Shown here: one piece after another, positions 8,910-18,817 of the stretch | Layout: each line of letters opens with the position of its first letter | Position numbering within the stretch: position 1 is the stretch's first letter | Source: an uncultured Bacteroides sp. | Lineage (GTDB): Bacteria; Bacteroidota; Bacteroidia; Bacteroidales; JACABE01 | NCBI GenBank assembly: GCA_964618755.1 | Contig: CAZUCB010000002.1 | Span: forward strand, 1 to 38,070 | DNA: 38,070 nt | Direction: 5' to 3' | Notes under the pieces: model-generated | The model's input: only the letters and a program-made list of their open reading frames with translations | The model's database searches: none | What the model was told of the DNA's origin: nothing | Program-made: the position numbers and the translations under genes

Positions 8910-10460
8910 ATGATTAAAGAAATCGAAATTGCACTTTTACCTGAACAGGTAAACATATATAATTCTTTAGAAAAAGCAGTGGCACAAGCCATCAGAGTTC
9001 CAAGAGAAAAAATAAACTTTATTAGTGTTCTCAAACGTTCTATTGATGCTCGAAAGGCTAAAGTATTGATTCGTTTAAAAGTAAAAGTTTATACTCTTGA
9101 GTCGCATCCAACCGAAGAAATAAGTACTGAAAATAAATATAAATATGTACAAAATGCTGATCCAATAATAATTGTTGGTTCAGGACCTGCGGGATTATTT
9201 GCAGCCTTACGATTATTAGAATTAGGACTTAAGCCTATCATTATTGAAAGAGGAAAAGACATTCACTTAAGAAAATACGATATTGCAGAATTGAATCGTG
9301 AACAAAAAGTAAATCCCGATTCAAATTATTGTTTTGGAGAAGGTGGAGCTGGAACCTATTCTGATGGAAAGTTATATACCCGTTCTACAAAAAGAGGTGA
9401 TGTCAATGATATTCTTCAAAAATTAGTAGCTCATGGTGCTTCAAATGATATATTAATTGAAGCTCACCCTCATATTGGAACTGATAAATTACCTTCAATT
9501 ATTTCAAATATCAGAGAAACCATAATCAATCATGGTGGTGAGTTCTATTTTGAAAAAAAAATAGCTGATTTTCTTATAAAAGATAGCAATATCAAAGGTG
9601 TTATTGACCAATCAGGTAGTATTTACGAAGGAAAATCAGTAATACTTGCAACAGGTCATTCTGCCAGAGATATCTATGAACTTTTGAACTCAAAACAAAT
9701 TTTCATTGAAGCTAAACCTTTTGCATTAGGAGTAAGGATAGAACATCCTCAACAAATTATTGACTCCATTCAATATCATTGCAAAACAAGAGGACAGTTT
9801 TTACCAGCAGCAACTTATCAGTTAGTAACACAAGTAGAAGGCAAAGGAGTATTTTCATTTTGTATGTGTCCTGGGGGTATTATTGTACCTGCAGCTACCG
9901 AAGAAGGCCAAATTGTTGTAAATGGCATGTCAAATTCACGTAGAAATTCACCTTTTGCAAATTCAGGAATGGTTGTTTCTGTTGAATTATCTGATTTACA
10001 AGCTTACCAATCCCATGGTGCATTAGCAGGATTGAAATTTCAAGAGGATGTAGAAAAAGCTGCTTTTAATGTTGCTGGTAAAGGACAAATCGCCCCTGCA
10101 CAAAGAATGACTGATTTTATCAATTCAAAGATATCTAACAACCTTAATTCAACTTCCTATACACCAGGTCTTGTTTCAGCTTCATTGCATGAAATTTTGC
10201 CCTCCTTTATTACCAAGCGATTGCAGCAAGCTTTTGTGACATTTGATGAAAAAATGAGAGGTTATTTAACTCAAGAAGCTAATATTGTTGGTGTTGAATC
10301 TCGCACTTCATCTCCTGTTAGAATTCCTCGAGATACTGAAACAATGCAACATATTCAAATTAAAAATCTTTACCCTTGCGGTGAAGGAGCAGGTTATTCA
10401 GGAGGAATTATTTCATCCGCATTAGATGGAGTAGCTGTAGCTGAAAAAATTGGAAAATAA
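8910..10460 (+). CDS. Uncharacterised NAD(P)/FAD-dependent oxidoreductase
   Basis: IVGSGPAGLFAA Rossmann motif, FGEGGAGTYSDGKL, HPHIGTD, ATGHSARD, FCMCPGG, ESRTSSPVRI, GEGAGYSGGI. Confidence 0.88.
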   Translation: MIKEIEIALLPEQVNIYNSLEKAVAQAIRVPREKINFISVLKRSIDARKAKVLIRLKVKVYTLESHPTEEISTENKYKYVQNADPIIIVGSGPAGLFAALRLLELGLKPIIIERGKDIHLRKYDIAELNREQKVNPDSNYCFGEGGAGTYSDGKLYTRSTKRGDVNDILQKLVAHGASNDILIEAHPHIGTDKLPSIISNIRETIINHGGEFYFEKKIADFLIKDSNIKGVIDQSGSIYEGKSVILATGHSARDIYELLNSKQIFIEAKPFALGVRIEHPQQIIDSIQYHCKTRGQFLPAATYQLVTQVEGKGVFSFCMCPGGIIVPAATEEGQIVVNGMSNSRRNSPFANSGMVVSVELSDLQAYQSHGALAGLKFQEDVEKAAFNVAGKGQIAPAQRMTDFINSKISNNLNSTSYTPGLVSASLHEILPSFITKRLQQAFVTFDEKMRGYLTQEANIVGVESRTSSPVRIPRDTETMQHIQIKNLYPCGEGAGYSGGIISSALDGVAVAEKIGK

Positions 10461-10535
10461 AAATAATTGTATATACCTATAAATCAAAATTTAATAAAAT
10501 TATTTTTTATTTTTAATGAAAAATGCAAAAAAATA

Positions 10536-10566
10536 TTTGTAGATATAAAAAAAAATTCTAATTTTG
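10536..10566 (+). promoter_or_regulatory. Bacteroidota housekeeping promoter (-33 TTTG / -7 TAATTTTG) for tRNA-Glu-rpsT
   Basis: TTTG at 10536-10539, a 19-nt spacer, then TAATTTTG at 10559-10566; consensus spacing. Confidence 0.75.
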
Positions 10567-10590
10567 CACTCCCAAATTAATGGAAAACAT

Positions 10591-10665
10591 GGTCCGTTCG
10601 TCTAGCTGGCCCAGGACGCTAGGTTTTCATCCTAGAAATCAGGGGTTCGAATCCCCTACGGACTA
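10591..10665 (+). tRNA. tRNA-Glu (anticodon TTC); CCA not encoded
   Basis: Acceptor stem GGTCCGT/ACGGACT, anticodon arm CTAGG-TTTTCAT-CCTAG, T arm AGGGG-TTCGAAT-CCCCT. Confidence 0.97.
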
Positions 10666-10692
10666 CTTTATTTAATAATAAAAACGAAAAAA

Positions 10693-10944
10693 ATGGCTAA
10701 TCATAAATCGGCATTAAAACGCATCAGATCGAATGAAACTAAAAGAATTCATAATAGATATTATGCTAAAACTATGCGTAATGCTTTAAAAGCATTTAGA
10801 GAATTAACTGATAAAGCTATTGTTGCTGAAAAATTACCAGTAATGGTTTCTTTAATTGATAAAGTAGCTCAAAAATCAATTATTCACAAAAACAAAGCAA
10901 GCAACTTAAAGTCTAAGTTGATGAGAAAATTAAATCTTATGTAA
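10693..10944 (+). CDS. rpsT: 30S ribosomal protein S20
   Basis: MANHKSALKRIR...IDK.A.K.IIHKNKA...KSKL. Confidence 0.98.
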   Translation: MANHKSALKRIRSNETKRIHNRYYAKTMRNALKAFRELTDKAIVAEKLPVMVSLIDKVAQKSIIHKNKASNLKSKLMRKLNLM

Positions 10945-10964
10945 GATTTTATAATACAATATTT

Positions 10965-10998
10965 AAAAAAGGCTTCCTAAAAAGAAGCCTTTTTTTTT
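10965..10998 (+). terminator. Intrinsic terminator after rpsT
   Basis: AAAAAAGGCTTC-ctaaaaa-GAAGCCTTTTTTTTT. Confidence 0.9.
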
Positions 10999-11064
10999 AT
11001 CTTAATATTAAAATTGATTTTATTTGAAATAATCTATAATTTTACACACTTAAATATTAATATA

Positions 11065-11463
11065 ATGGCAAGAGTAATACAATTGTCTGAAGCTGCTTCA
11101 TTGGCTATTCATGCAATGATTTTAATTGGAAGATCTAAACAAATTATAAATGTAAATAAAATTGCAGAAATTACAGGTTCATCTAAAAATCATCTTTCTA
11201 AAGTTATGCAGAGATTGGTTAAAGATAGTTATGTTAAATCTACTCGAGGCCCTTCAGGCGGATTTATTTTAAACAAAAAAACCTCTGAAATCACATTGCT
11301 GGATATTTACCAATCACTTGAAGGAAATATTACTAATACTGCTTGTCCAATAAATCATACCGTTTGCCCTTTCGATAAATGCCTTATGGGAGGTATTATT
11401 AGTAAACTATCCGATGAATTTAAAAATTATCTTGAAAATCAAACGCTTGAGAGTTATTTATAA
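11065..11463 (+). CDS. Rrf2-family transcriptional regulator with three C-terminal Cys (probable Fe-S ligands)
   Basis: Start more plausibly the ATG at 11065 (MARVIQLSEAASLAIHAM); HLSKVMQRL..., STRGPSGGF.L, ITLLDIY...EG, C-PINHTV-C-PFDK-C. Confidence 0.9.
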   Translation: MARVIQLSEAASLAIHAMILIGRSKQIINVNKIAEITGSSKNHLSKVMQRLVKDSYVKSTRGPSGGFILNKKTSEITLLDIYQSLEGNITNTACPINHTVCPFDKCLMGGIISKLSDEFKNYLENQTLESYL

Positions 11464-11493
11464 AGATATCTAGATATTTTTACCTGCTATAAA

Positions 11494-12306
11494 ATGAAAA
11501 ATAAATTATTTATTTACATATTAGTTTTAATTACTTTTTCTAATTGCAAAAAAGATAATACAATAGAAACTCAAATTCCTTCAATTGAAACAGGAAAACT
11601 AAAAATTGAATTTGCTCATACTATTAATAATCAGCCAATACAACTTAATACAAATATTTACGTAAACGAAGCAGGAAATCATTATGAACTTACTGATTTA
11701 ATGTATTTTATTTCTGATGTAATACTTTATCCTCGCAATGGTGTATTTTTCCCTATTGATGATTTTACGGCTATTCATTATGTTGATATTCATATTCCAA
11801 ATACATTAACATGGAATATTTATGACCCGATTCCTACGGGTATTTACGATTCTATTTCATTTATTTTCGGTTTAAATGAACAGAGGAATCAATCTAATGC
11901 ATTTGTAAACCCACCTGAATCAAACATGGCTTGGCCAGATATACTAGGTGGAGGTTATCATTATATGATGATGAATGGAAAATGGGTAAATTTACAAGGC
12001 ATTTTGAAGCCTTTTAATTTTCATCTTGGAATTGGACAAATATATACCGATACCATCAATTATGATATCAATACCATTACAAGCTTTGTTCAAAACTACT
12101 TTAAAATAACATTACCTTTATCGGCTTTAGAAATTAGAAAAAACAACACAACTACAATTAAATTAAACATGTATATTGACAGTTGGTTTAAAACGCCACA
12201 CAATTGGAATTTTAATAACTGGGGTGGAAATGTAATGCAAAATCAGCATGCACTCCAAACTATCAGAGAAAATGGATTTGATGTATTTACAATAACAAAC
12301 AAATAA
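11494..12306 (+). CDS. MbnP-like lipoprotein (putative copper/metal-binding)
   Basis: Lipobox FSNC followed by KKD; Y.N.AGN.Y....L.YFISD, IP.G.YDSISF.FG, M.W....GGGY.YM..NG.W, F.FHLG resemble Bacteroidota MbnP-family proteins. Confidence 0.65.
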   Translation: MKNKLFIYILVLITFSNCKKDNTIETQIPSIETGKLKIEFAHTINNQPIQLNTNIYVNEAGNHYELTDLMYFISDVILYPRNGVFFPIDDFTAIHYVDIHIPNTLTWNIYDPIPTGIYDSISFIFGLNEQRNQSNAFVNPPESNMAWPDILGGGYHYMMMNGKWVNLQGILKPFNFHLGIGQIYTDTINYDINTITSFVQNYFKITLPLSALEIRKNNTTTIKLNMYIDSWFKTPHNWNFNNWGGNVMQNQHALQTIRENGFDVFTITNK

Positions 12307-12311
12307 GTCTT

Positions 12312-13772
12312 TTAATACTTAAACCCTATTGTCATCATAATATTACTGCCTTTCAATTCGTTTTTTACAGGACTAAGGGCAGGAACTACTGATGGATCAT
12401 AGAAATAATAATCTTCACTTTGTTTTGAATAAGCATAAGCAAAATCAATAAAAAATTGTTTTTCTCTAAAGCCAATTCCGAATGAAAGTGTAGTGCGTTT
12501 TCCATCATTTACACCTGATTTAAAAGGACTTCCATATATTGCATATCCTGCTCTGAAAGCCAATGGATTTAATCTCCATTCAGTTCCAACTCTTATATTG
12601 GAAGTAGTATTGTATTTTGTTTGAATTGCATCGGTTTGATAGCTAAAATCTGTATTTTCAGCTCTTAATCGAGGTTCTGAGTAATCTACAAATTCATAAT
12701 CTGCACTTAACAAGCCATACTCACCAAATACAAATGCAAGACTTCCTATTACTCTTAATGGAGTAGTCAACTCATAATCAAAGCTACCTTTAGGAGAATA
12801 TGTGGAAAATTTCCCTTGTGAAGCCAAATCTGATTCAATTTTACGGCTATATTCGTCTTGCATTGAATAATAATATGTTGGTGAATGAAAAGCTAGACCA
12901 ATCCGAATCATTTCAATTGGACGTGAAATAATACCAAATTTGAAGTTAATACCAGCTCCTGTTGTTTGTAAATCATCTGAAACAGTAAAAGAATTAAAAT
13001 TATTGATACTATCTTTACTATCGATTTCTTTATAGGTAGATTGCTCGAAATAACGAATAAAAGGAAAGCCTATTGTAGCTCCTATATATAATTTATCGCT
13101 ATAATTTCCACCTAATGTCATAACAACTTCATTCATTGATCCCCCAGAAGAAACAGTTTTCCTTTGAGTTACACCTCCATTTACAACCGAGGTATAATGT
13201 AAAGAATCTGAAATAATAGGTTTAATAAGATGGGTTGCATAAGCCAAACGTGTATCAAAACTGTTTAAATTATCAGAATAATATCCGTTTGCATAATTAA
13301 CATATTGGTTTAGCATCGAGCTTGTTGAATTAAACCCTTCGATTATCATTCTATTGTTGAAATTATTCAAACGATTGATACCAAATCCAAACTGTGCAGA
13401 TTTAAAACCAGGTTCTTCAACATAGTTTCCTCTTTTGAAAAAAGTATATACAAATCCTATATTTCCTAAATTAACGTTGTATTTATTATCATCTCTGATG
13501 GGAGAATCAGAAAATTTAGATGATGTTTTACCAATATAAAATGATGGTGAAAAAGTAAATTCAGAAATCTTGTACAAACCTATACCTGCCGGATTTTGGC
13601 TTAAGGTTGAAAAATCAGCGCCTAAAGCTCCGAAAGCACCACCCATAGCGGTTGATCTTGCAGTTCCTCCATAATATATTTGTGAATATCTAAGTGCGTC
13701 TATTTCATTCTGAGCAAAAATACTTGAAATACTTGCTATTGCTAAAACTATTGATATAATAATTTTTTTCAT
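12312..13772 (-). CDS. OmpP1/FadL-like outer-membrane beta-barrel protein
   Basis: DALRYSQ...GTARS.AMGGAFGALGADFS....NPAGIG hatch motif; alternating beta strands; terminal GFKY. Confidence 0.88.
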   Translation of the reverse strand: MKKIIISIVLAIASISSIFAQNEIDALRYSQIYYGGTARSTAMGGAFGALGADFSTLSQNPAGIGLYKISEFTFSPSFYIGKTSSKFSDSPIRDDNKYNVNLGNIGFVYTFFKRGNYVEEPGFKSAQFGFGINRLNNFNNRMIIEGFNSTSSMLNQYVNYANGYYSDNLNSFDTRLAYATHLIKPIISDSLHYTSVVNGGVTQRKTVSSGGSMNEVVMTLGGNYSDKLYIGATIGFPFIRYFEQSTYKEIDSKDSINNFNSFTVSDDLQTTGAGINFKFGIISRPIEMIRIGLAFHSPTYYYSMQDEYSRKIESDLASQGKFSTYSPKGSFDYELTTPLRVIGSLAFVFGEYGLLSADYEFVDYSEPRLRAENTDFSYQTDAIQTKYNTTSNIRVGTEWRLNPLAFRAGYAIYGSPFKSGVNDGKRTTLSFGIGFREKQFFIDFAYAYSKQSEDYYFYDPSVVPALSPVKNELKGSNIMMTIGFKY

Positions 13773-13821
13773 AATGTAAAATTTTAAGGTTTTACTTTTA
13801 ATTATATTTTATTAAATGGAA

Positions 13822-15525
13822 TTATCGTCTCCTTTGATTTTCGGAACCTGAATTACCACCTCCACTTGACCTTGAATTATTTCCTCCCGAACTAGATGGT
13901 GGTGGCGTATAAGTTGAACGACTTGGTGCAGGAGTACTATAATTATTGTTGTTTGAAGGTTGCGAATAATTTCTGTTTTCATTATTATTTGCAGGAGGTG
14001 TATAATGATTTCTATTTTCATTATTAGCTGGTGGCGTATAATTTCTATTTTGATTATAATTTGATGGTGTATTATAGTTTCTGTTATTATTATTGTTATT
14101 ATAATTTGTTTTTGGTGTTTCCTGATAATTAGAGGGTCTTGTTTGCTCAGGTTTTGTACTATAATTTCTTTCGCTCTTGTATTTTGGAGCTTCAAATTCC
14201 TGGCTTGAACGTGGTTGCGAATAACTTGGCGAACTATATGACTTTGGCTCGCGATAATTATATGTATTTGTTGGTAGTGAACTACCCTGATTAGTAGGCT
14301 TTTCCAATTGTCTTTCTTGATTTGAGCGACTGTATCTTTGGTAATTATTAATACGGTTATTTGAAGGATTTTGATTTACTGGGGTATTATAGCTCCTTGA
14401 AGTATTTTTTTGAATTTCATCTTTCGTAAAATTCTGTTCAGTTTTCCTTTCACTTGTTGATGGAAATGTATTTATCCTTTCATCTTGATTTGAACTAGGT
14501 ATTTTATTATCAATTGACTTTCCAGAAGTAGTATTGGGAGCAATGTCTTTATCCCGAATTATATCTGTTGGTAATTTATTAATATCAGAACCAGAAGGAG
14601 TTTTTCTAAAATCATTTCCTGTAGTAGTATTGTCATATTTTTTTGAAGAATTATCTTTAGAACTGAGAGGTTGAATTGATTTGCCTTTTACCCCATTATT
14701 TCCTAAACCAGATCCACCTGCAGGTGTCGTGGTGCCATTTGAAGCACCTATATAGTTCCTTGGCCCAAAATAGCTGGATGTAGATGAATTATTATTCGAA
14801 GCCCAATACCCATCGTTGTAACCATCATTGTAGCCATTGCCATAAGACCCATATCCGTGGTAACCACCCCAATAATATGGAGAATTCCAACCATAATAAC
14901 CAATTCCAAAATAACTCCAACCATATCCAATACCAAAACCAAAGTTCCAACCCCAATTATTGTAATAATAAGGATTATAAAAAGAATAACTTGGTCCCCA
15001 CCAGTTATAACCAGTATAAATACTTGTTCCAAAGTAAAAAGGATCATAATTATACCAATACATATTGGTGTAGTAATCGTCATAATAGCTAGAAAAACGA
15101 CATGGATTGTGAAATCTCCTTAATCTAGAAGAGTAACCATAATCATAATAATCATCAACATCATAATTGGAATAATTTTGATTTTCTTGATTTTCAACAT
15201 TTTCTGTTTGCGTCAAATAACTATTATCTACAACATTATTAGCATTTTCAGCTTTACTTTGTTTGTATTTATCATAGCTCAATTGAGATTTATCAGCAGC
15301 ATTCTCAGTATTATATGATTTTGGAGTAAGTTCCTTGTAATCTGTATTTTTTGGTTCTGTTGGTTTCTGATTTTCAACAACAGTTAGTGTTTGAGATAGT
15401 ATTGGTTTTGCTTTTTTTGAAGAATAAACACCATCATCATCATAAACTGATGATAGCTGATTTGCAGAAGTACATGCCGATAAAATGAATAGAGAAACTA
15501 CTGCGAATTTTAATAGGGTTTTCAT
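13822..15525 (-). CDS. Conserved Bacteroidota lipoprotein with Tyr/Gly/Trp-rich middle and Asn/Ser/Arg-rich disordered tail
   Basis: Likely start at ATG 15525 (MKTLLKFAVVSLFILSAC, lipobox); YDDDGVY and Y.YSSRLRRFH motifs; lies between proS and the FadL-like gene. Confidence 0.8.
   Translation of the reverse strand: MKTLLKFAVVSLFILSACTSANQLSSVYDDDGVYSSKKAKPILSQTLTVVENQKPTEPKNTDYKELTPKSYNTENAADKSQLSYDKYKQSKAENANNVVDNSYLTQTENVENQENQNYSNYDVDDYYDYGYSSRLRRFHNPCRFSSYYDDYYTNMYWYNYDPFYFGTSIYTGYNWWGPSYSFYNPYYYNNWGWNFGFGIGYGWSYFGIGYYGWNSPYYWGGYHGYGSYGNGYNDGYNDGYWASNNNSSTSSYFGPRNYIGASNGTTTPAGGSGLGNNGVKGKSIQPLSSKDNSSKKYDNTTTGNDFRKTPSGSDINKLPTDIIRDKDIAPNTTSGKSIDNKIPSSNQDERINTFPSTSERKTEQNFTKDEIQKNTSRSYNTPVNQNPSNNRINNYQRYSRSNQERQLEKPTNQGSSLPTNTYNYREPKSYSSPSYSQPRSSQEFEAPKYKSERNYSTKPEQTRPSNYQETPKTNYNNNNNNRNYNTPSNYNQNRNYTPPANNENRNHYTPPANNNENRNYSQPSNNNNYSTPAPSRSTYTPPPSSSGGNNSRSSGGGNSGSENQRRR
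13958..14097 (-). repeat. About four imperfect 33-36 bp coding tandem repeats (NRNYTPPANNE-like)
   Basis: Units encode NRNYNTPSNYNQ / NRNYTPPANNE / NRNHYTPPANNNE / NRNYSQPSNNNN. Confidence 0.75.
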
Positions 15526-15585
15526 AATTTGGTCCTCCCCGTGTTTTATTATTTTAATTATTGTAAATCTTAAGTTTATATTTTT

Positions 15586-15593
15586 TAATTTTG
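15586..15593 (+). promoter_or_regulatory. -7 element (TAATTTTG) for proS
   Basis: TAnnTTTG match about 60 nt upstream of the proS ATG. Confidence 0.45.
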
Positions 15594-15655
15594 CCAAATA
15601 AAATCAATGATAAAATTTCTTGAATTAGAACAAATTTTATACCAAAGTAAAGAAA

Positions 15656-17128
15656 ATGGCAAAAGATTTCACAAAAAGAGCAGATAATTATTCGCAATGG
15701 TACAATGAATTGGTAATTAAAGCTGATTTAGCTGAAAATTCTGCAGTTAGAGGCTGTATGGTTATCAAACCTTATGGATATGCAATATGGGAGAAAATGC
15801 AAGCTGCATTAGATAAAATGTTTAAAGAAACAGGTCATCAAAATGCATATTTCCCATTGTTTATACCTAAATCTTTTTTTAGCAAAGAAGCAAGTCATGT
15901 GGAAGGATTTGCTAAAGAATGTGCTGTGGTAACGCATTATCGTTTAAAAACAGATGAAAATGGTAAAATTGTAGTGGATGAAACCGCAAAATTAGAAGAA
16001 GAACTTATTGTTCGTCCAACTTCAGAAACTATAATATGGGATACCTACCGTAATTGGATTCAATCATATAGAGATTTGCCTATTTTGGTAAATCAATGGG
16101 CTAATGTAGTAAGATGGGAAATGCGAACACGTTTATTTTTGCGTACAGCAGAGTTTTTATGGCAAGAAGGTCATACTGCTCATGCTACACAAGACGAAGC
16201 ATTAGTTGAGACTCGTAAAATGCTTGATGTTTACGCTACTTTTGCCGAAAATTTTATGGCTGTTCCAGTTTTAAAAGGTATTAAAACTGCCAATGAACGT
16301 TTTGCAGGTGCTATCGAAACGTTTTGTATTGAAGCATTGATGCAAGATGGTAAGGCTTTACAAGCTGGAACTTCTCATTTTTTAGGACAAAATTTTGCGA
16401 AAGCATTTGATGTTAAATTTGTATCTAAAGAAAATAAACAAGAATATGTTTGGGCTACTTCGTGGGGTGTTTCTACCAGATTGATGGGTGCTTTGGTAAT
16501 GGCTCATTCTGATGATAATGGATTGGTGTTGCCTCCAAAATTAGCTCCTATTCAAGTAGTTATTATTCCTATTTACAAAAATGACGAACAATTAGCTCAA
16601 ATTTCTGTAAAAGCCGAAGCCATTAAAAAAGCCATTGAAGCCAAAGGAATTAGCGTAAAATATGATGATAGAGATACTTATAAACCAGGCTGGAAATTTG
16701 CTGAGTATGAATTTAAAGGCGTTCCTTTACGTTTAGCAATTGGCCCACGTGATTTAGAAGAAGGAACCATCGAGGTTGCTCGTCGCGATACCATGGAAAA
16801 AGCAATTTATCAACAAATTGATATTGAAAATAAAGTTGAACATTTATTAGAGTCTATTCAAAATAATTTATATCAAAAAGCTTTGAATTTCAGAGATATG
16901 TCAACTTACAAAGTAGATACTTGGGATGAATTTAAAGATACTATTGAAAATAAAGGTGGATTTGTATTGGCACATTGGGATGGAACTACCGAAACTGAGC
17001 TAAAGATTAAAGAAGAAACCAAAGCTACTATACGTACTATTCCTTTGAATAATCCTCAGGAAAACGGAAAGTGTATTTACACTGGAAAACCATCGATACA
17101 AAGAGTGGTTTTTGCAAAATCTTATTAA
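15656..17128 (+). CDS. proS: Proline--tRNA ligase (archaeal/eukaryotic-type, usual in Bacteroidota)
   Basis: [64 protein letters not shown], terminal FAKSY. Confidence 0.98.
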   Translation: MAKDFTKRADNYSQWYNELVIKADLAENSAVRGCMVIKPYGYAIWEKMQAALDKMFKETGHQNAYFPLFIPKSFFSKEASHVEGFAKECAVVTHYRLKTDENGKIVVDETAKLEEELIVRPTSETIIWDTYRNWIQSYRDLPILVNQWANVVRWEMRTRLFLRTAEFLWQEGHTAHATQDEALVETRKMLDVYATFAENFMAVPVLKGIKTANERFAGAIETFCIEALMQDGKALQAGTSHFLGQNFAKAFDVKFVSKENKQEYVWATSWGVSTRLMGALVMAHSDDNGLVLPPKLAPIQVVIIPIYKNDEQLAQISVKAEAIKKAIEAKGISVKYDDRDTYKPGWKFAEYEFKGVPLRLAIGPRDLEEGTIEVARRDTMEKAIYQQIDIENKVEHLLESIQNNLYQKALNFRDMSTYKVDTWDEFKDTIENKGGFVLAHWDGTTETELKIKEETKATIRTIPLNNPQENGKCIYTGKPSIQRVVFAKSY

Positions 17129-17151
17129 TATACACTTATATTTCAATAACT

Positions 17152-17186
17152 TAATTCTGACATGGTATAAATCCCTGTCAGAATTA
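17152..17186 (+). terminator. Stem-loop between proS and the GT2 gene (weak terminator or RNA-stabilising hairpin)
   Basis: TAATTCTGACA (17152-17162) and TGTCAGAATTA (17176-17186) form an 11-bp inverted repeat; short T run after it. Confidence 0.5.
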
Positions 17187-17205
17187 TTTGTAAAAAATTA
17201 TCAAA

Positions 17206-18078
17206 GTGAAAGTAGCAGGTTTTAGTTTTGTTAGAAATGCCATAAAATATGATTATCCAATTATAGAGGCAATTACATCTATTTTACCAATTTGCGATGA
17301 ATTTATAGTGGCTGTTGGTAATTCAGAAGACGATACATTGGAATTAATTAAAAGTATTGCTTCCGATAAAATTAAAATCATTGAAACGATATGGGACGAT
17401 AGTTTACGTGAAGGCGGACAAGTGCTTGCAAAAGAAACGGATAAAGCACTACGTGTCATTAGTTCTGAGGTAGATTGGGCTTTTTATATTCAGGGTGATG
17501 AGGTGGTTCATGAAAAATATTTAGATGAAATAAAAAACTCCATGTTGAAATGGAAAGATGATAAAAATGTGGATGGTTTGTTGTTTAATTATCGTCATTT
17601 TTATGGAAGTTATGATTACGTTGCCGATGCACCCAATTGGTATCGTAAAGAAATTAGAGTTATCAGACCTTCTCAAAATATTTATTCCTACAAAGATGCG
17701 CAAGGATTTCGTAAGAATGAAAATAAAGTATTGAATGTAAAAGAATTAGATGCTTTTATATATCATTACGGTTGGGTAAAAAAGCCTAGAATCATGCAAC
17801 AAAAGCAGGAAGATTTCCACAAACTGTGGCACGATGATAATTGGGTAAAAAAAAATGTTCCTAAACGCCATGAATTTGATTATTCAAATATTAATTCATT
17901 AACTGCTTTTTCTGAAACACATCCTAAAGTGATGAATTATAGGTTAAAACAATCGAATTGGAAATTTGATTTTGATTTGTCTTACAAGAATTACAGTTTT
18001 AAAGATCGTTTTAAACTCTTAATTGAAAAACTTTGTGGTTATAGAATAGGTGAATATAAGAACTATAAGATTGTTTAA
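17206..18078 (+). CDS. Glycosyltransferase family 2 protein (GTG start)
   Basis: GFSFVRNA..YDYP..EAI.SILP.CDE..VAVGNSEDDT, WAFYIQGDEV, YHYGWV. Confidence 0.88.
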   Translation: MKVAGFSFVRNAIKYDYPIIEAITSILPICDEFIVAVGNSEDDTLELIKSIASDKIKIIETIWDDSLREGGQVLAKETDKALRVISSEVDWAFYIQGDEVVHEKYLDEIKNSMLKWKDDKNVDGLLFNYRHFYGSYDYVADAPNWYRKEIRVIRPSQNIYSYKDAQGFRKNENKVLNVKELDAFIYHYGWVKKPRIMQQKQEDFHKLWHDDNWVKKNVPKRHEFDYSNINSLTAFSETHPKVMNYRLKQSNWKFDFDLSYKNYSFKDRFKLLIEKLCGYRIGEYKNYKIV

Positions 18079-18193
18079 TTGTAATAAATTAGGTTTTTAA
18101 ATAATTAGATCCCCTTTTATGTCGAAAGTAAATCGCTTATATTAAACTACTTACATTCCATTTTCTTTTCAATTTTTGGATTAAATATAATTT

Positions 18194-18817
18194 TTACGCT
18201 TGTTTCTGTGCAATAATTAAGAATAGAGGATATTTTCTAATTTGGTTTTTAAATTCTTTTTCAATTTCATAGAAAATTTTATAATACTTTACAATGAACC
18301 CATTGTTAACCATCATTTTGCTTAATTCATTTTTATCAAACCCATTGTGACCATCATAATCTGGCATATGAGAATGAAAACTTCCATCTTCGCTAATTAA
18401 GTCACCAATGCATAAATATGCACCAGACTTTAATATGGAATTAAAGTTAGTTAGTATTTTATTTATATCATTAACATGATGTAATGCCATGAAAGTATAT
18501 ACAAAATCTACTTTGTCAATTTGGATAACATTAGCAGGCATTTCAATAAGTAATGGAAATAAGTTTGTTATGTTTTCATTGACAATTTTTTTATTTAAAA
18601 CATCTATCATTCCTTTAGAACTATCAGCTAATGTTATAGATTTCAAATCATCTTTCAAATGATAACTCAATAGACCTGTTCCACTTCCAAACTCAAAAGC
18701 TGTCATGGTTTGATTATCAAATTTAAAATATTTTTTTAGCTCATTTGCCAAAACATTAGCTCTTTCAATCATTTGAGGATTAATATCCCAATCTTTTGCT
18801 ACGCTATCGAAATCCAT
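18194..18817 (-). CDS. Class I SAM-dependent methyltransferase
   Basis: FD..AKDWD, FEFGSGTG motif I, ADSSKGM, MALHHV.D, EDGSFH...HNGF. Confidence 0.9.
   Translation of the reverse strand: MDFDSVAKDWDINPQMIERANVLANELKKYFKFDNQTMTAFEFGSGTGLLSYHLKDDLKSITLADSSKGMIDVLNKKIVNENITNLFPLLIEMPANVIQIDKVDFVYTFMALHHVNDINKILTNFNSILKSGAYLCIGDLISEDGSFHSHMPDYDGHNGFDKNELSKMMVNNGFIVKYYKIFYEIEKEFKNQIRKYPLFLIIAQKQA

Noticed and set aside
10591-10700. tRNA-Glu as an integration site for a genomic island
   Set aside because: It is followed directly by rpsT; no integrase and no duplicate of the tRNA 3' end was seen in the window.
11014-11064. N-terminal extension of Rrf2 from the TTG at 11014
   Set aside because: The Rrf2 fold begins at the ATG at 11065; the extension is AT-rich promoter-like DNA.
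13812-15123. Alternative-frame and antisense ORFs inside the low-complexity lipoprotein (13812-14195, 14748-15083, 14784-15092, 14857-15123)
   Set aside because: Ile- or Asn-rich shadows produced by AAT/TAT-rich codons of the real gene; no independent motifs.
15526-15597. N-terminal extension of the lipoprotein from the TTG at 15597
   Set aside because: The signal peptide and lipobox fit a start at ATG 15525, and the extension overlaps the proS promoter region.
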